Positions 10,789-19,324 of a DNA stretch of 64,000 bases are shown in pieces. A program made the translations under genes and the position numbers. The notes under the pieces are model-generated. The model saw only the letters and a program-made list of their open reading frames with translations, was not told the DNA's origin and did no database searches. The stretch's first letter is position 1. Each line of letters begins with the position of its first letter. The stretch lies in the NCBI GenBank assembly GCA_963815075.1, contig CAWFFK010000012.1, positions 41,475-105,474 of the forward strand. Reading direction: 5' to 3'. Source of the stretch: an uncultured Bacteroidales bacterium. GTDB taxonomy: Bacteria > Bacteroidota > Bacteroidia > Bacteroidales > VadinHA17.

Positions 10789-12321
10789 TCATCCAAGTTT
10801 TCCAACCTCATTTTCAACTTCTGCAAGTATTTCAGCAGATTTAACAAGCTCCTTCATTGTTGTATGATCGTGATAAAGGGGCCTGTCAATATCAAGAAAA
10901 TCGACGTATTTCCTGATAACTTCCCATGCTTTCTGCACACCTTTTCCAAATTTATACTCATCTTTCCTGAAGTTAAGGGCCTGCGCAGCAGCCATAAATT
11001 CTATGCCAAGTATGCCATATGCATTATCGAGTATCTGGAAATTCTTAATAGCAGTATTCATTCCCATCGAAACAAAATCTTCCTGATCAGCAGCCGCCGG
11101 TATGGACTGTATGGATGCAGGAGCAGAAAGCATCCTCTGTTCAACGATCATCATGTCAGCAGTATACTGACTGAGCATAAGTCCTGAAAACATCCCCGCT
11201 CCTTTTGTCAGAAAAGCAGGGAGGCCGACACTCAATGCCGGATTATTCAATCTGTTCATCCTTCTTTCGGACAATACACTTACCATTGTGACGCATGCAC
11301 CAGCCATATCCATCGGGACCGAGACCGGGGAACCCTGGAAATTGGCACCGGAAAGCTGAATGTTTTTATCGGGGAAAAAGATGGGATTATCACCAACACC
11401 GTTAAGTTCGATCTCTACCTGTGAACGTGCATACGCCAATGCATCGTGTGCAGCACCTATTACCTGGGGTGTTGAACGCATGGAGTAGGCATCCTGCACC
11501 TTGCTTTTGACATTCCCTTCTTTCAGGTCGCCTCCGTTAATACACAGATTGATTGCATTTGCACTCCTGACAGCTCCTTTGAAGCCTCTTACCTCATGAA
11601 GCAATGGGGTGTAAGGCTTCATGTTTGCCTTGAGGGCTTCGAGCGACATTGAGGCTGCTATCTCAGCCTGCTTGAGCCAGTTATTGGCATCATATAGAAA
11701 TATGGCGCTCATGGCTGTCAGCACGTTTGAACCGTTAATGGTTGCCAGACCGTCGCGAGCCATAAGCCCGGGTATTGTGATCCCTGCCCTATCCATAGCT
11801 TCTTTCCCACCCATTAATTCTCCCTGATAATATGCTTCTCCTTCTCCCATCATAAGCAGTGCGATCTGCGACATAGGTGCCAGGTCGCCGCTCGCTCCGA
11901 CAGAACCTTTCTGACATACATAAGGAGTGACACACTTGTTCAGCATTTCTACAAGAGTCTCAGTAATTACCAGCCTGTTTCCGGAATTGCCGTGGGCATG
12001 TACATTAATTCGTCCGAGCATAGCACCTCTGACATACTCGATCGGGGCAGGATCGCCTATGCCTGCAGCATGGTTATAAACAAGGTATTTCTGGAAATCC
12101 TTTATCTGGTCATCGTTAAGGACTACTTCTGAAAATTCTCCAATACCGGTATTTACACCATACATTATCTCGTGTGCTTCAAGTTTCTTTTCTAGCATTG
12201 CCCGGCAGCGGTTAATTCTCTCTTTGGCGCCGGTATGAAGTTCCACCTTCTGTCCAAAACGCACTACATTAACAACATCTTCAATTGTGAGATCTGAACC
12301 TGTAATTATTAACTTATCCAT
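10789..12321 (-). CDS. hutH: MIO-dependent aromatic amino acid ammonia-lyase family, most like histidine ammonia-lyase
   Basis: GSVGASGDLAPMSQ (Ala-Ser-Gly MIO triad), YGVNTGIGEF and YNHAAGIG. Length 510 aa. The N-H pair at the selectivity position resembles the S-H of HAL rather than F-L (PAL) or H-L (TAL); this assignment is from memory. Confidence 0.75.
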   Translation of the reverse strand: MDKLIITGSDLTIEDVVNVVRFGQKVELHTGAKERINRCRAMLEKKLEAHEIMYGVNTGIGEFSEVVLNDDQIKDFQKYLVYNHAAGIGDPAPIEYVRGAMLGRINVHAHGNSGNRLVITETLVEMLNKCVTPYVCQKGSVGASGDLAPMSQIALLMMGEGEAYYQGELMGGKEAMDRAGITIPGLMARDGLATINGSNVLTAMSAIFLYDANNWLKQAEIAASMSLEALKANMKPYTPLLHEVRGFKGAVRSANAINLCINGGDLKEGNVKSKVQDAYSMRSTPQVIGAAHDALAYARSQVEIELNGVGDNPIFFPDKNIQLSGANFQGSPVSVPMDMAGACVTMVSVLSERRMNRLNNPALSVGLPAFLTKGAGMFSGLMLSQYTADMMIVEQRMLSAPASIQSIPAAADQEDFVSMGMNTAIKNFQILDNAYGILGIEFMAAAQALNFRKDEYKFGKGVQKAWEVIRKYVDFLDIDRPLYHDHTTMKELVKSAEILAEVENEVGKLG

Positions 12322-12785
12322 ATTATATTTTTTTTATTTAAATCATTTATAAAATATCAGACGCAGCTTACACTACTGCCAGATATTATCACATCTTTTA
12401 ACTGATTTTTGGGTAAAAAGGGTCCTGTCAGGACCTAACAGAGACCGGCGCGATTCACTTTTATCTTGTATTCCAGAGCTACATTCCGCATAATGGGAAA
12501 TGATTTTTTTATAAAAGTATATAATTTAATCCATTTACCATTTACCGGACAAGTTATTTCTGTACATTTTAAATCCATTATGCATGAGATTCCTGGCTGA
12601 TCACCTCCGCAACCACCTTTACATCGTTACGGTAGTCAGATAAAACTACAGTACCCAAAATGCTGCCTATGAAACCTTTTTACGACTCATAGATTATTAT
12701 AAAATAGTCTTTTCTGAAAAAGTTTGTCTTCTGTTTATGTTTGAAGATCTATATAGGTGTTTTTTGGAAATCATTAATTTAAGAA

Positions 12786-12982
12786 GGAGATCCCTCATCC
12801 CGCATGAAGCGGGATTCGGAATGACAGGACAATTTAAGAACATTTGGGGGTGAAGAAGTGGCGATTCGCGTCGCAAATCCTAATATCAGAGACATTTATC
12901 TGCGAATCGCCACTTCTTCACCCCACTCGTTACTACCAAATTTCCATGTCATTCCGAATGGAGCAAAGCGGAATGAGGAACC
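12786..12982. repeat. Composite palindromic (MITE/REP-like) element: outer inverted GTCATTCCGAAT...GCGGRATGAGGRA modules flanking a perfect 23-bp stem
   Basis: 12786-12827 is the reverse complement of the 42-nt element at 61117-61158 (1 mismatch). 12847-12869 (GGGGTGAAGAAGTGGCGATTCGC) is the perfect inverted repeat of 12902-12924, with a 32-nt loop. 12948-12982 is a degenerate forward copy of the outer module. Confidence 0.8.
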
Positions 12983-13338
12983 GAGGACCTGTTTACAGGG
13001 CCGAGCTCACCGAAGGTAATCCCCTTCGAATATGACCGATGAACGAAAGAAAACTCTTAATGATATTATTTTATTTGGGTCCCATTTATAAATACTTACA
13101 AGGTTGTCAAAAAACCTGATGGTCAAAAATGTACAGAGGACCAATAGGAAACGACAATTTAAAAGATGAACCGGATAGAGATGAAAAGTAGTCAGTAATT
13201 TATTCAAAAAAATATTCACTTAGCTAAAAATTTCCTATCTTAGTTACTGGAATAAATGCTTGGATCATCTTGCTGGATTGTCCTTTGTGCGAAGTTGCTA
13301 AAAATATCGTTAACAGCGTATTAGAAGCTATTAGAGGA

Positions 13339-14046
13339 ATGGCAGGGAAACCTCATGTCCTTATGCTGCTGATAGGAGCTAATATTCTGGCAACCGGACC
13401 TGCAGAATCGATGATAATTAACAGTCAGCCACAACCCCAGACTGACTGTTATGGAAACCACGTTGAATTTTCGGTATCCGTAAGCGAATCTGTGGGTATA
13501 GTATATTACCAGTGGCAGGAAAAGCCTCCGGGCGGAAGCTTTTCAGATATTATCGGGGCCAATAATACCTTGCTCCCCATAGATAATATCGGTGTTAACA
13601 AGCAGAATGTTAATGGTACTGAATACCGGGTAGTGATAACAGATGATAACGGCACAATAACTTCAGACCCGGCCCTGTTAATGGTAAACGCCATCACCGA
13701 TCTTTTACCTGCAGTTGTAAATTCGACTATCTGTACCGGAGAGAGTATAACTTATAATGTATTTACTGAAGGGGATGTAATCAATAACAGGTACTTATGG
13801 TCATTGAACAATGGTTCCGGCTGGATCTATTTATCAGATGGAGGAGCATATTCCGGAACGACTACATCACAACTGTCTATTTCAAATTCAACAACAGCTC
13901 AAAACGGTTCCTACAGGGTGTCTGTAATTTTTTCCACCCTGAACCAGCCTTCCGGAGATCCGACATGCATAGAAACAAGCTTCACAAGAGAAAGAAATCT
14001 TGTGGTAAAAGAGCCGCCAGACACATCACCGATTTATCATAGATAG
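13339..14046 (+). CDS. Secreted protein with two Ig-like modules, C-terminal tail TSPIYHR
   Basis: The ORF is open from 13270 (TTG). The ATG at 13339 gives a plausible signal peptide, MAGKPHVLMLLIGANILATGPAES. The module CYGNHVEFSVSV...YYQWQEK......YRVVITDDNGTITSDPALLMV resembles the Ig-like module of the giant protein (FTYQWVYNNGGTW...YQYRCYITN). Confidence 0.7.
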   Translation: MAGKPHVLMLLIGANILATGPAESMIINSQPQPQTDCYGNHVEFSVSVSESVGIVYYQWQEKPPGGSFSDIIGANNTLLPIDNIGVNKQNVNGTEYRVVITDDNGTITSDPALLMVNAITDLLPAVVNSTICTGESITYNVFTEGDVINNRYLWSLNNGSGWIYLSDGGAYSGTTTSQLSISNSTTAQNGSYRVSVIFSTLNQPSGDPTCIETSFTRERNLVVKEPPDTSPIYHR

Positions 14047-14082
14047 ATATAAACCAAATATTAACCAAAAAACAAAAAAACC

Positions 14083-14772
14083 ATGAACACAAAAAATCAA
14101 CTTAAAAGCAGAACCGGATTGCCTGACAAGAGCGCCGGGCAGAAGTTCAAATTAATGATCGGATTGACCCTCCTGTTACTAATTCTGACCGGAACTACAA
14201 AGGTATGCGCTCAGAGTGATCCAAGCCCCACACAAACCGTAGGTACAGGAAACGAACCATACCTGGTAACAGCTACTTCCGGCTCCACATATACCTGGAC
14301 TATTTCCCCGGGCACTTCCGGCACGGAATGGAGCATCAATGGTACCGGTAACAGTATTTCAGTAGACTGGAGCACTACAGGAGTCTATACTCTGTCGGTT
14401 GTTGAAAGAAATGCCCAGGGATGCATCGGCGATCCTGTACAAGTTGTAGTTACGGTAAATGAGATGCCTGTAGTAACGGCAACACCTTCTTCAGAAGCTA
14501 TCTGCAGTGGCTCTGCTACCAGTATCTCCTTATCCGGTAATTTAGAAAATACAACATTCACCTGGACAGCTGCTCTGACAAACGGATCAGCATCAGGCTT
14601 CTCTGACGGAACAGGACCGGCAATTTCCCAGACACTTACCAACACTTCCGGAGTTCCGGCAACTGTTACCTATACAGTTACTCCTACTGCAAATTCACTT
14701 ACCGGAAATCCTGTCACAGTTGTGGTTACAGTTAATCCATTGCCCTCAACATCACCCATCTATCACAATTAG
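14083..14772 (+). CDS. Secreted protein with tandem PKD-like modules, C-terminal tail TSPIYHN
   Basis: N-terminal TM/signal segment LMIGLTLLLLILTGTTKVCAQ. Module 1 (GSTYTWTISPG...ISVDW...GVYTLSVVERNAQGCIG) is homologous to the N-domain of the next gene. Module 2 (AICSGSATSISL...TTFTWTA...ATVTYTVTP) is PKD-like. Confidence 0.75.
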   Translation: MNTKNQLKSRTGLPDKSAGQKFKLMIGLTLLLLILTGTTKVCAQSDPSPTQTVGTGNEPYLVTATSGSTYTWTISPGTSGTEWSINGTGNSISVDWSTTGVYTLSVVERNAQGCIGDPVQVVVTVNEMPVVTATPSSEAICSGSATSISLSGNLENTTFTWTAALTNGSASGFSDGTGPAISQTLTNTSGVPATVTYTVTPTANSLTGNPVTVVVTVNPLPSTSPIYHN

Positions 14773-14791
14773 ATGGAAAGTTTATTATCAG

Positions 14792-15373
14792 ATGCTTAAA
14801 AGGCACCCCCACATAGTATTATTCGGCATAATCCTGCTCAGCATGTCTGACATGTCGGGGCAGGCAACTATGCCGGATAATGTATGTATCGGTCAGGTGA
14901 GGCATTATTATGTCGAATCAAATCCGGGCTCAACTTATACCTGGCGGATTGACGGCATTGTTCAGAATGGCTTCAGCTCCAGTGATTTTGTTCATTCCTG
15001 GGAAGTATCAAAAACTTATTTACTTGAGGTACAGGAGCGTTCGGCATATGGTTGCCCGGGACCTGTCAGATCAGTAAATGTGATAGTTGGCATGCCCGAA
15101 CAAACCGACCTGACAATTCCTGAAGCTTTTTCTCCTAACGGGGACCTTATTAATGATGTCTGGAATATTGGAAATATTGAGGCATACCCGAATGTCGTGA
15201 TCACAATTTATAACAGATGGGGTCAGTCAGTCTGGAGATCGGAAAATGGCTATGCTCATCCATGGGATGGAAAAAGCAAAGGCACTGATTTGCCAATTGA
15301 CTCATATCATTATGTAATTGATCTGCATAACGGATCAAAACCAATTGTCGGAGAAATAACAATTGTAAGATGA
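14792..15373 (+). CDS. Small T9SS cargo: PKD-like N-domain plus type-B (gliding-motility-associated) C-terminal sorting domain
   Basis: The ATG at 14792 gives the signal peptide MLKRHPHIVLFGIILLSMSDMSGQA; the track start at 14720 overlaps the previous gene. C-terminus IPEAFSPNGDLINDVWNI...YAHPWDGKSKGTDLPIDSYHYVIDL parallels the CTD of the giant protein. Confidence 0.85.
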   Translation: MLKRHPHIVLFGIILLSMSDMSGQATMPDNVCIGQVRHYYVESNPGSTYTWRIDGIVQNGFSSSDFVHSWEVSKTYLLEVQERSAYGCPGPVRSVNVIVGMPEQTDLTIPEAFSPNGDLINDVWNIGNIEAYPNVVITIYNRWGQSVWRSENGYAHPWDGKSKGTDLPIDSYHYVIDLHNGSKPIVGEITIVR

Positions 15374-16392
15374 AAAAGAGCATTTTAGTATCTGTGAAAA
15401 AGCTGGTTTACATATTGTTATTTGTTGTTGGGCGACAGACATCTTTTGCCCAGCAACTACCGTTGTATGACCAGTATCTTTATAACAAGTTTCTGATCGA
15501 CCCAGCGCATGCAGGCAGTGACGGGTATTCCAGCTTTAATATGACCGTACGGGAACAATGGACAGGCTATTCGGGTGCACCCCGGACTTATTCAATAAGC
15601 TGGCAGACAAGGATACTTAAAAGAGGCTATAAAATCACGAGGACTATCTTTAACCGGACAGCTTTCTCCCCCAAAAATGACGGAAGGACAGGTTTGGGAG
15701 CCTACATCTTCAGCGACAGGAACGGACTTGTTCAAAGAACAGGGTTTCAGGCAGCTTATTCATATCATATCTGGCTTCATAATTCCACTCAACTATCTCT
15801 TGGTCTTGCTTTTACCGGATATCATTTTATTATAAATGCTAATGAACATAGTTTTGAAGAGGCGCACGAACCCTGGCTGAATGATAATTTACGAAAAGGC
15901 ATATTTGTACCGGATGCCGATTTCGGAATATATTTTTTAAATCCCAGATTCGATTTTGGCTTTTCCGCTCTGCAATTATTTGGGGCGGCTATCAAAACTG
16001 GCGATTATGCATACAGAAATTTCAGAATGGACAGGCACTTCTATGCTTTTGGATCCTATAATATTTCTGCCGGAAGCAGAACTGATATCGAGCCTTCGGT
16101 ACTTTTTAAAATATCTGAACAGCTTAAGCCACAAGTTGATATTGGCATCACATACATTTATGATGATAGATTCCGGACAGGATTAACCTACAGGACAGGC
16201 GGAGGATTGATAGCCAACTTAAGATTAAGATATATACCTGACTATTCCAGATGGGCTGCTTTGTATATTGGATATGCTATCGATTTTACTCTCAATGAGA
16301 TTCAAAGTGTGACTTACGGGACCCATGAATTGACAGTTGCACTGAAATTCGGCGACAGTACAAGAAGATACAGATGGCTGGATCGATATTAG
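15370..16392 (+). CDS. PorP/SprF-family T9SS outer-membrane protein (second copy)
   Basis: QQLPLYDQYLYNKFLIDPAHAGSDGY and YGTHELTVALKFG. Clear paralog of 9734-10723. Its start overlaps the stop of the cargo gene (ATGA at 15370-15373). Confidence 0.88.
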   Translation: MKKSILVSVKKLVYILLFVVGRQTSFAQQLPLYDQYLYNKFLIDPAHAGSDGYSSFNMTVREQWTGYSGAPRTYSISWQTRILKRGYKITRTIFNRTAFSPKNDGRTGLGAYIFSDRNGLVQRTGFQAAYSYHIWLHNSTQLSLGLAFTGYHFIINANEHSFEEAHEPWLNDNLRKGIFVPDADFGIYFLNPRFDFGFSALQLFGAAIKTGDYAYRNFRMDRHFYAFGSYNISAGSRTDIEPSVLFKISEQLKPQVDIGITYIYDDRFRTGLTYRTGGGLIANLRLRYIPDYSRWAALYIGYAIDFTLNEIQSVTYGTHELTVALKFGDSTRRYRWLDRY

Positions 16393-16691
16393 CCCGGAGC
16401 CATTATCCGGACAGCTAATTGTTCCAGCTGAAATGGCTCTGCAATTTCTCATGGGCAGGCAATGAAAATGCCACGAGAAATCCGGGCGCAGTCAGGGTTA
16501 AAAGCACTTCCGACAGCGGATAAAACTGTATAGAAGATGATACTTTGAAATCCGGAGCTGATAATCATTTTTAAATTCCAGCGAAAAGTTTTGTTACTTT
16601 GCTGTCAGGAGGTGATCCGATGTAAAAAACACTCGAACAACAAAAATGCATGCTTAATAATAATTAATAATAAATAAAAAGAACTTGTGAA

Positions 16692-17399
16692 ATGAAAAAA
16701 CTAAAAAAGATAATTATCACTTTACAACCGTGGTTTTTGAAAATAATATGCGCTGCTTCCGTACTGTTGTTTGTAACAGAGATAAATGCCCTGGCACAGA
16801 ATATGATCACTGTTGCAGGTGAAGTCACTGCATTTAAAACTTATCCTCTCAATAAAGCCTTTGTAAAGTCTTTAAAAACAGGAGAAAATATGCTTACTGA
16901 TTCACTCGGCAGATTCTCCATTAATAGCCCGGTAAACGATGTACTTCTGATATCTGCATCAGGCTTTAATGATAAAAAGGTCCGTGTAAAAAAATCCGCG
17001 GATATGGTTATTAACCTTCAGTACGGATACAAAGAAACCAGTTTCGACGATGCCGTCAATAATGACCATATTAAAAGATGGGTGCTTGAACAGGCATTAA
17101 AAGATCATCCGATAAAGGGACAAAAAGATTACTCCAGATACAATAACATATTTGAGCTTATAAAAAGTGAAATAATGAATGTAAAGGTGGCTGGTACAAA
17201 TGTATATTCTATAAAGGCTCAGTCGTTTTCAGCGTCCCCCCAGGTCTTGTATGTTGTCGATGATATGGTCGTTTCAGATATTTCATTCATCTACCCTTCG
17301 GAAGTCCGGAATATTGAGTACCTGGAAGGCAGCGATGCGACGGCATATGGTATGAGAGGAGCAAATGGTGTTTTAAAGATCACTTTAAAACATAAGTAA
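16692..17399 (+). CDS. Carboxypeptidase-regulatory-like domain protein with a TonB-receptor plug-like C-terminal motif, no beta-barrel
   Basis: Signal peptide. ITVAGEVTAF...PLNKAFVKSLKTGENMLTDSLGRFSI is CarbopepD_reg-like. The end, LYVVDDMVVSD...IEYLEGSDATAYGMRGANGVLKITLK, resembles the start of a SusC/TBDT plug. Only 235 aa. Confidence 0.6.
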   Translation: MKKLKKIIITLQPWFLKIICAASVLLFVTEINALAQNMITVAGEVTAFKTYPLNKAFVKSLKTGENMLTDSLGRFSINSPVNDVLLISASGFNDKKVRVKKSADMVINLQYGYKETSFDDAVNNDHIKRWVLEQALKDHPIKGQKDYSRYNNIFELIKSEIMNVKVAGTNVYSIKAQSFSASPQVLYVVDDMVVSDISFIYPSEVRNIEYLEGSDATAYGMRGANGVLKITLKHK

Positions 17400-17598
17400 A
17401 ATGGGAAAAACTGACCTTCTGAAATAAGTTTTGTTGCTCTTTTGAAATATCTTTACATAACAAAATCTTCTGTTATATTCTTTTTTTAGAGAGGTTGGCT
17501 CACGAAGTCTTTTATTCAAAATAATAACTGACTCTATTTGCTTAATAAAATTTAATCTGTTTAAAGCTCTGATATCAAATTTCAAATATTTATTGAAA

Positions 17599-19320
17599 AT
17601 GAACGGAAAAAATATTTCTCTTTACTGTGTTGCTCTTCTTTTACTGATTCCTGTGCCTTTTATATATTGTCAGACGAACAATTTAAAAGATCCTTCGTAT
17701 GAATCAGTTTACGTGCAAACCGATCGTTCAATTTATTTTGCTGACGAACCCATTCTTTTTATTGCCTTCATCTTAAATGATTTATCAAGCCACTACAAGG
17801 CATTGAGCGACACTCTTCTTATTGCCGTGACAGACCAGGATGGATTGGAAGTGGCTTCAGGAGAATTCCCTGTTTCGAATTATATAACTACGGGACATAT
17901 AATGCTTTCAAAATACCTCACCGATGGAGATTATGTGCTTATTGCGGGTTCAAAAAAAAGCGAAAACAGTTCGCCGGATAAGATTTTTTCAAAAATCATT
18001 GAAGTGAGAACTTCTAAGAACCAGACATCAGGAATAGGCCTTAAGCTCAGGGACACCATTTATGCACCAGGCAGTACTCTAACAGCAAATATAAGGTTCT
18101 CAGGAAAGAATGACGAACCCATTTCTACATTATTTACTTACCAGCTGAGCGACTCCAGGCGAGGCATTACAAACGGGAAAGGCAGGTCAAAAGAAGACGG
18201 AAATGCGACTATTAATATCTTATTGCCTGAATTTCAAAGCAATGATACAATGAAATTAAGTGTATCCGCCTCTGTTAAAGGCAATAATATCACCAGTGAA
18301 ATAGTCATCCCTACTCCTTTCAATAATATCAAACCGATGACCTATTCCGGTAAAAATGAAACAGCAGGTAAAAACAAGCAATTGAATATTCAAATAAATA
18401 CTGACAGACAACAATATACAAGAGAGGAAAATGTCAGGGCCGAAATATATGTAGTTAATGACCAGGGAAATCCCGTCGTGGCAAGTCTGTCAGTATCAGC
18501 TTCAAATCCCGCTCCATCCTCTTCTTCGATTAATGAAAATCAAATAGTAACCTGTTCAAATTTTAAAAATTCCACATCAGGACCTGGCCTGCTGTGGTGT
18601 CATATTTTATCTGAAATGAATAAGAATGTATTTCCCGAAATAAAGAATGTTGCTGCAGATGAAAAAGGGGAAACATCTCTGTTTGATGCTGTTTTAAGAA
18701 AATCATTTGCCAGGAGTCTTACTCTTTTTAATCAGTCTCCCGGCCATGCATATATTGTGCAGGAGAAAAATGATATTAAGAAGATACAGAAGAAACAGGC
18801 ATCAGCAGAAAAGGTGAAACAAACTGGTTATACAGCTGATCGTAATATATTGGATATTATAAACCGTATCAAACCTTTTCAGATTGTCGGGGGAGAAATA
18901 ATATTTTCAAATGCTGGCAACTTCTCTATAAATTTTCAGAAAGGAGCGCTAATTGTCATAGATGGAATAAAAATGGGTACTGATGTCAGTATCCTGAACA
19001 GTATCCCTGTAACAGATATTGCAAGGATCAATGCCACAACCAATCCATCAGATATTCAGAAATATTCAGCAATGAACAGCTCAGGAGTTATTGAAATATT
19101 TATGAAAAAAGGAGTCAGTAGCAATGAAAATGATGAAGATCGGGTCATGAAAAAAAGCAGCACCTTTTTCTGGAAAACGGATATCAGTACCGATACTTCC
19201 GGAAAGGCTTCAGTTAACTTTTCTAATAATGATAAACCCTCAGAGGTTATCCTGACTGTAGAAGGCATAACAACGGATGGATTGACTGGAAGCTGTTCAA
19301 TTCACTATACGGTTAAATAA
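17599..19320 (+). CDS. Secreted protein with a macroglobulin (MG2)-like N-terminal region and a plug-like C-terminal motif
   Basis: The ATG at 17599 (track start 17593 is TTG) gives the signal MNGKNISLYCVALLLLIPVPFIYCQ. YVQTDRSIYFADEPILF is MG2-like. ALIVIDGIKMG...IARINATTNPSDIQKYSAMNSSGVIEIFMKKG is plug-like. Confidence 0.5.
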   Translation: MNGKNISLYCVALLLLIPVPFIYCQTNNLKDPSYESVYVQTDRSIYFADEPILFIAFILNDLSSHYKALSDTLLIAVTDQDGLEVASGEFPVSNYITTGHIMLSKYLTDGDYVLIAGSKKSENSSPDKIFSKIIEVRTSKNQTSGIGLKLRDTIYAPGSTLTANIRFSGKNDEPISTLFTYQLSDSRRGITNGKGRSKEDGNATINILLPEFQSNDTMKLSVSASVKGNNITSEIVIPTPFNNIKPMTYSGKNETAGKNKQLNIQINTDRQQYTREENVRAEIYVVNDQGNPVVASLSVSASNPAPSSSSINENQIVTCSNFKNSTSGPGLLWCHILSEMNKNVFPEIKNVAADEKGETSLFDAVLRKSFARSLTLFNQSPGHAYIVQEKNDIKKIQKKQASAEKVKQTGYTADRNILDIINRIKPFQIVGGEIIFSNAGNFSINFQKGALIVIDGIKMGTDVSILNSIPVTDIARINATTNPSDIQKYSAMNSSGVIEIFMKKGVSSNENDEDRVMKKSSTFFWKTDISTDTSGKASVNFSNNDKPSEVILTVEGITTDGLTGSCSIHYTVK

Positions 19321-19324
19321 GATA

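Noticed and set aside
12844-13219. ORFs 12844-13035 (+) and 13007-13219 (-)
   Set aside because: The first is read straight through the palindromic repeat elements, and its peptide ..SFRMEQSGMRN.. is a translation of the REP-like module. The second lies in AT-rich intergenic DNA with no recognisable features.
14720-14791. Track start at 14720 for the small type-B-CTD protein
   Set aside because: It overlaps the end of the previous gene by 53 nt and adds a non-signal-like extension. The ATG at 14792 gives a normal signal peptide.
16396-16438. Hairpin GAGCCATT...AATGGCTC after the second PorP/SprF gene as a terminator
   Set aside because: It has only an 8-bp stem with a 27-nt loop and no following T-run, which is too weak to call.
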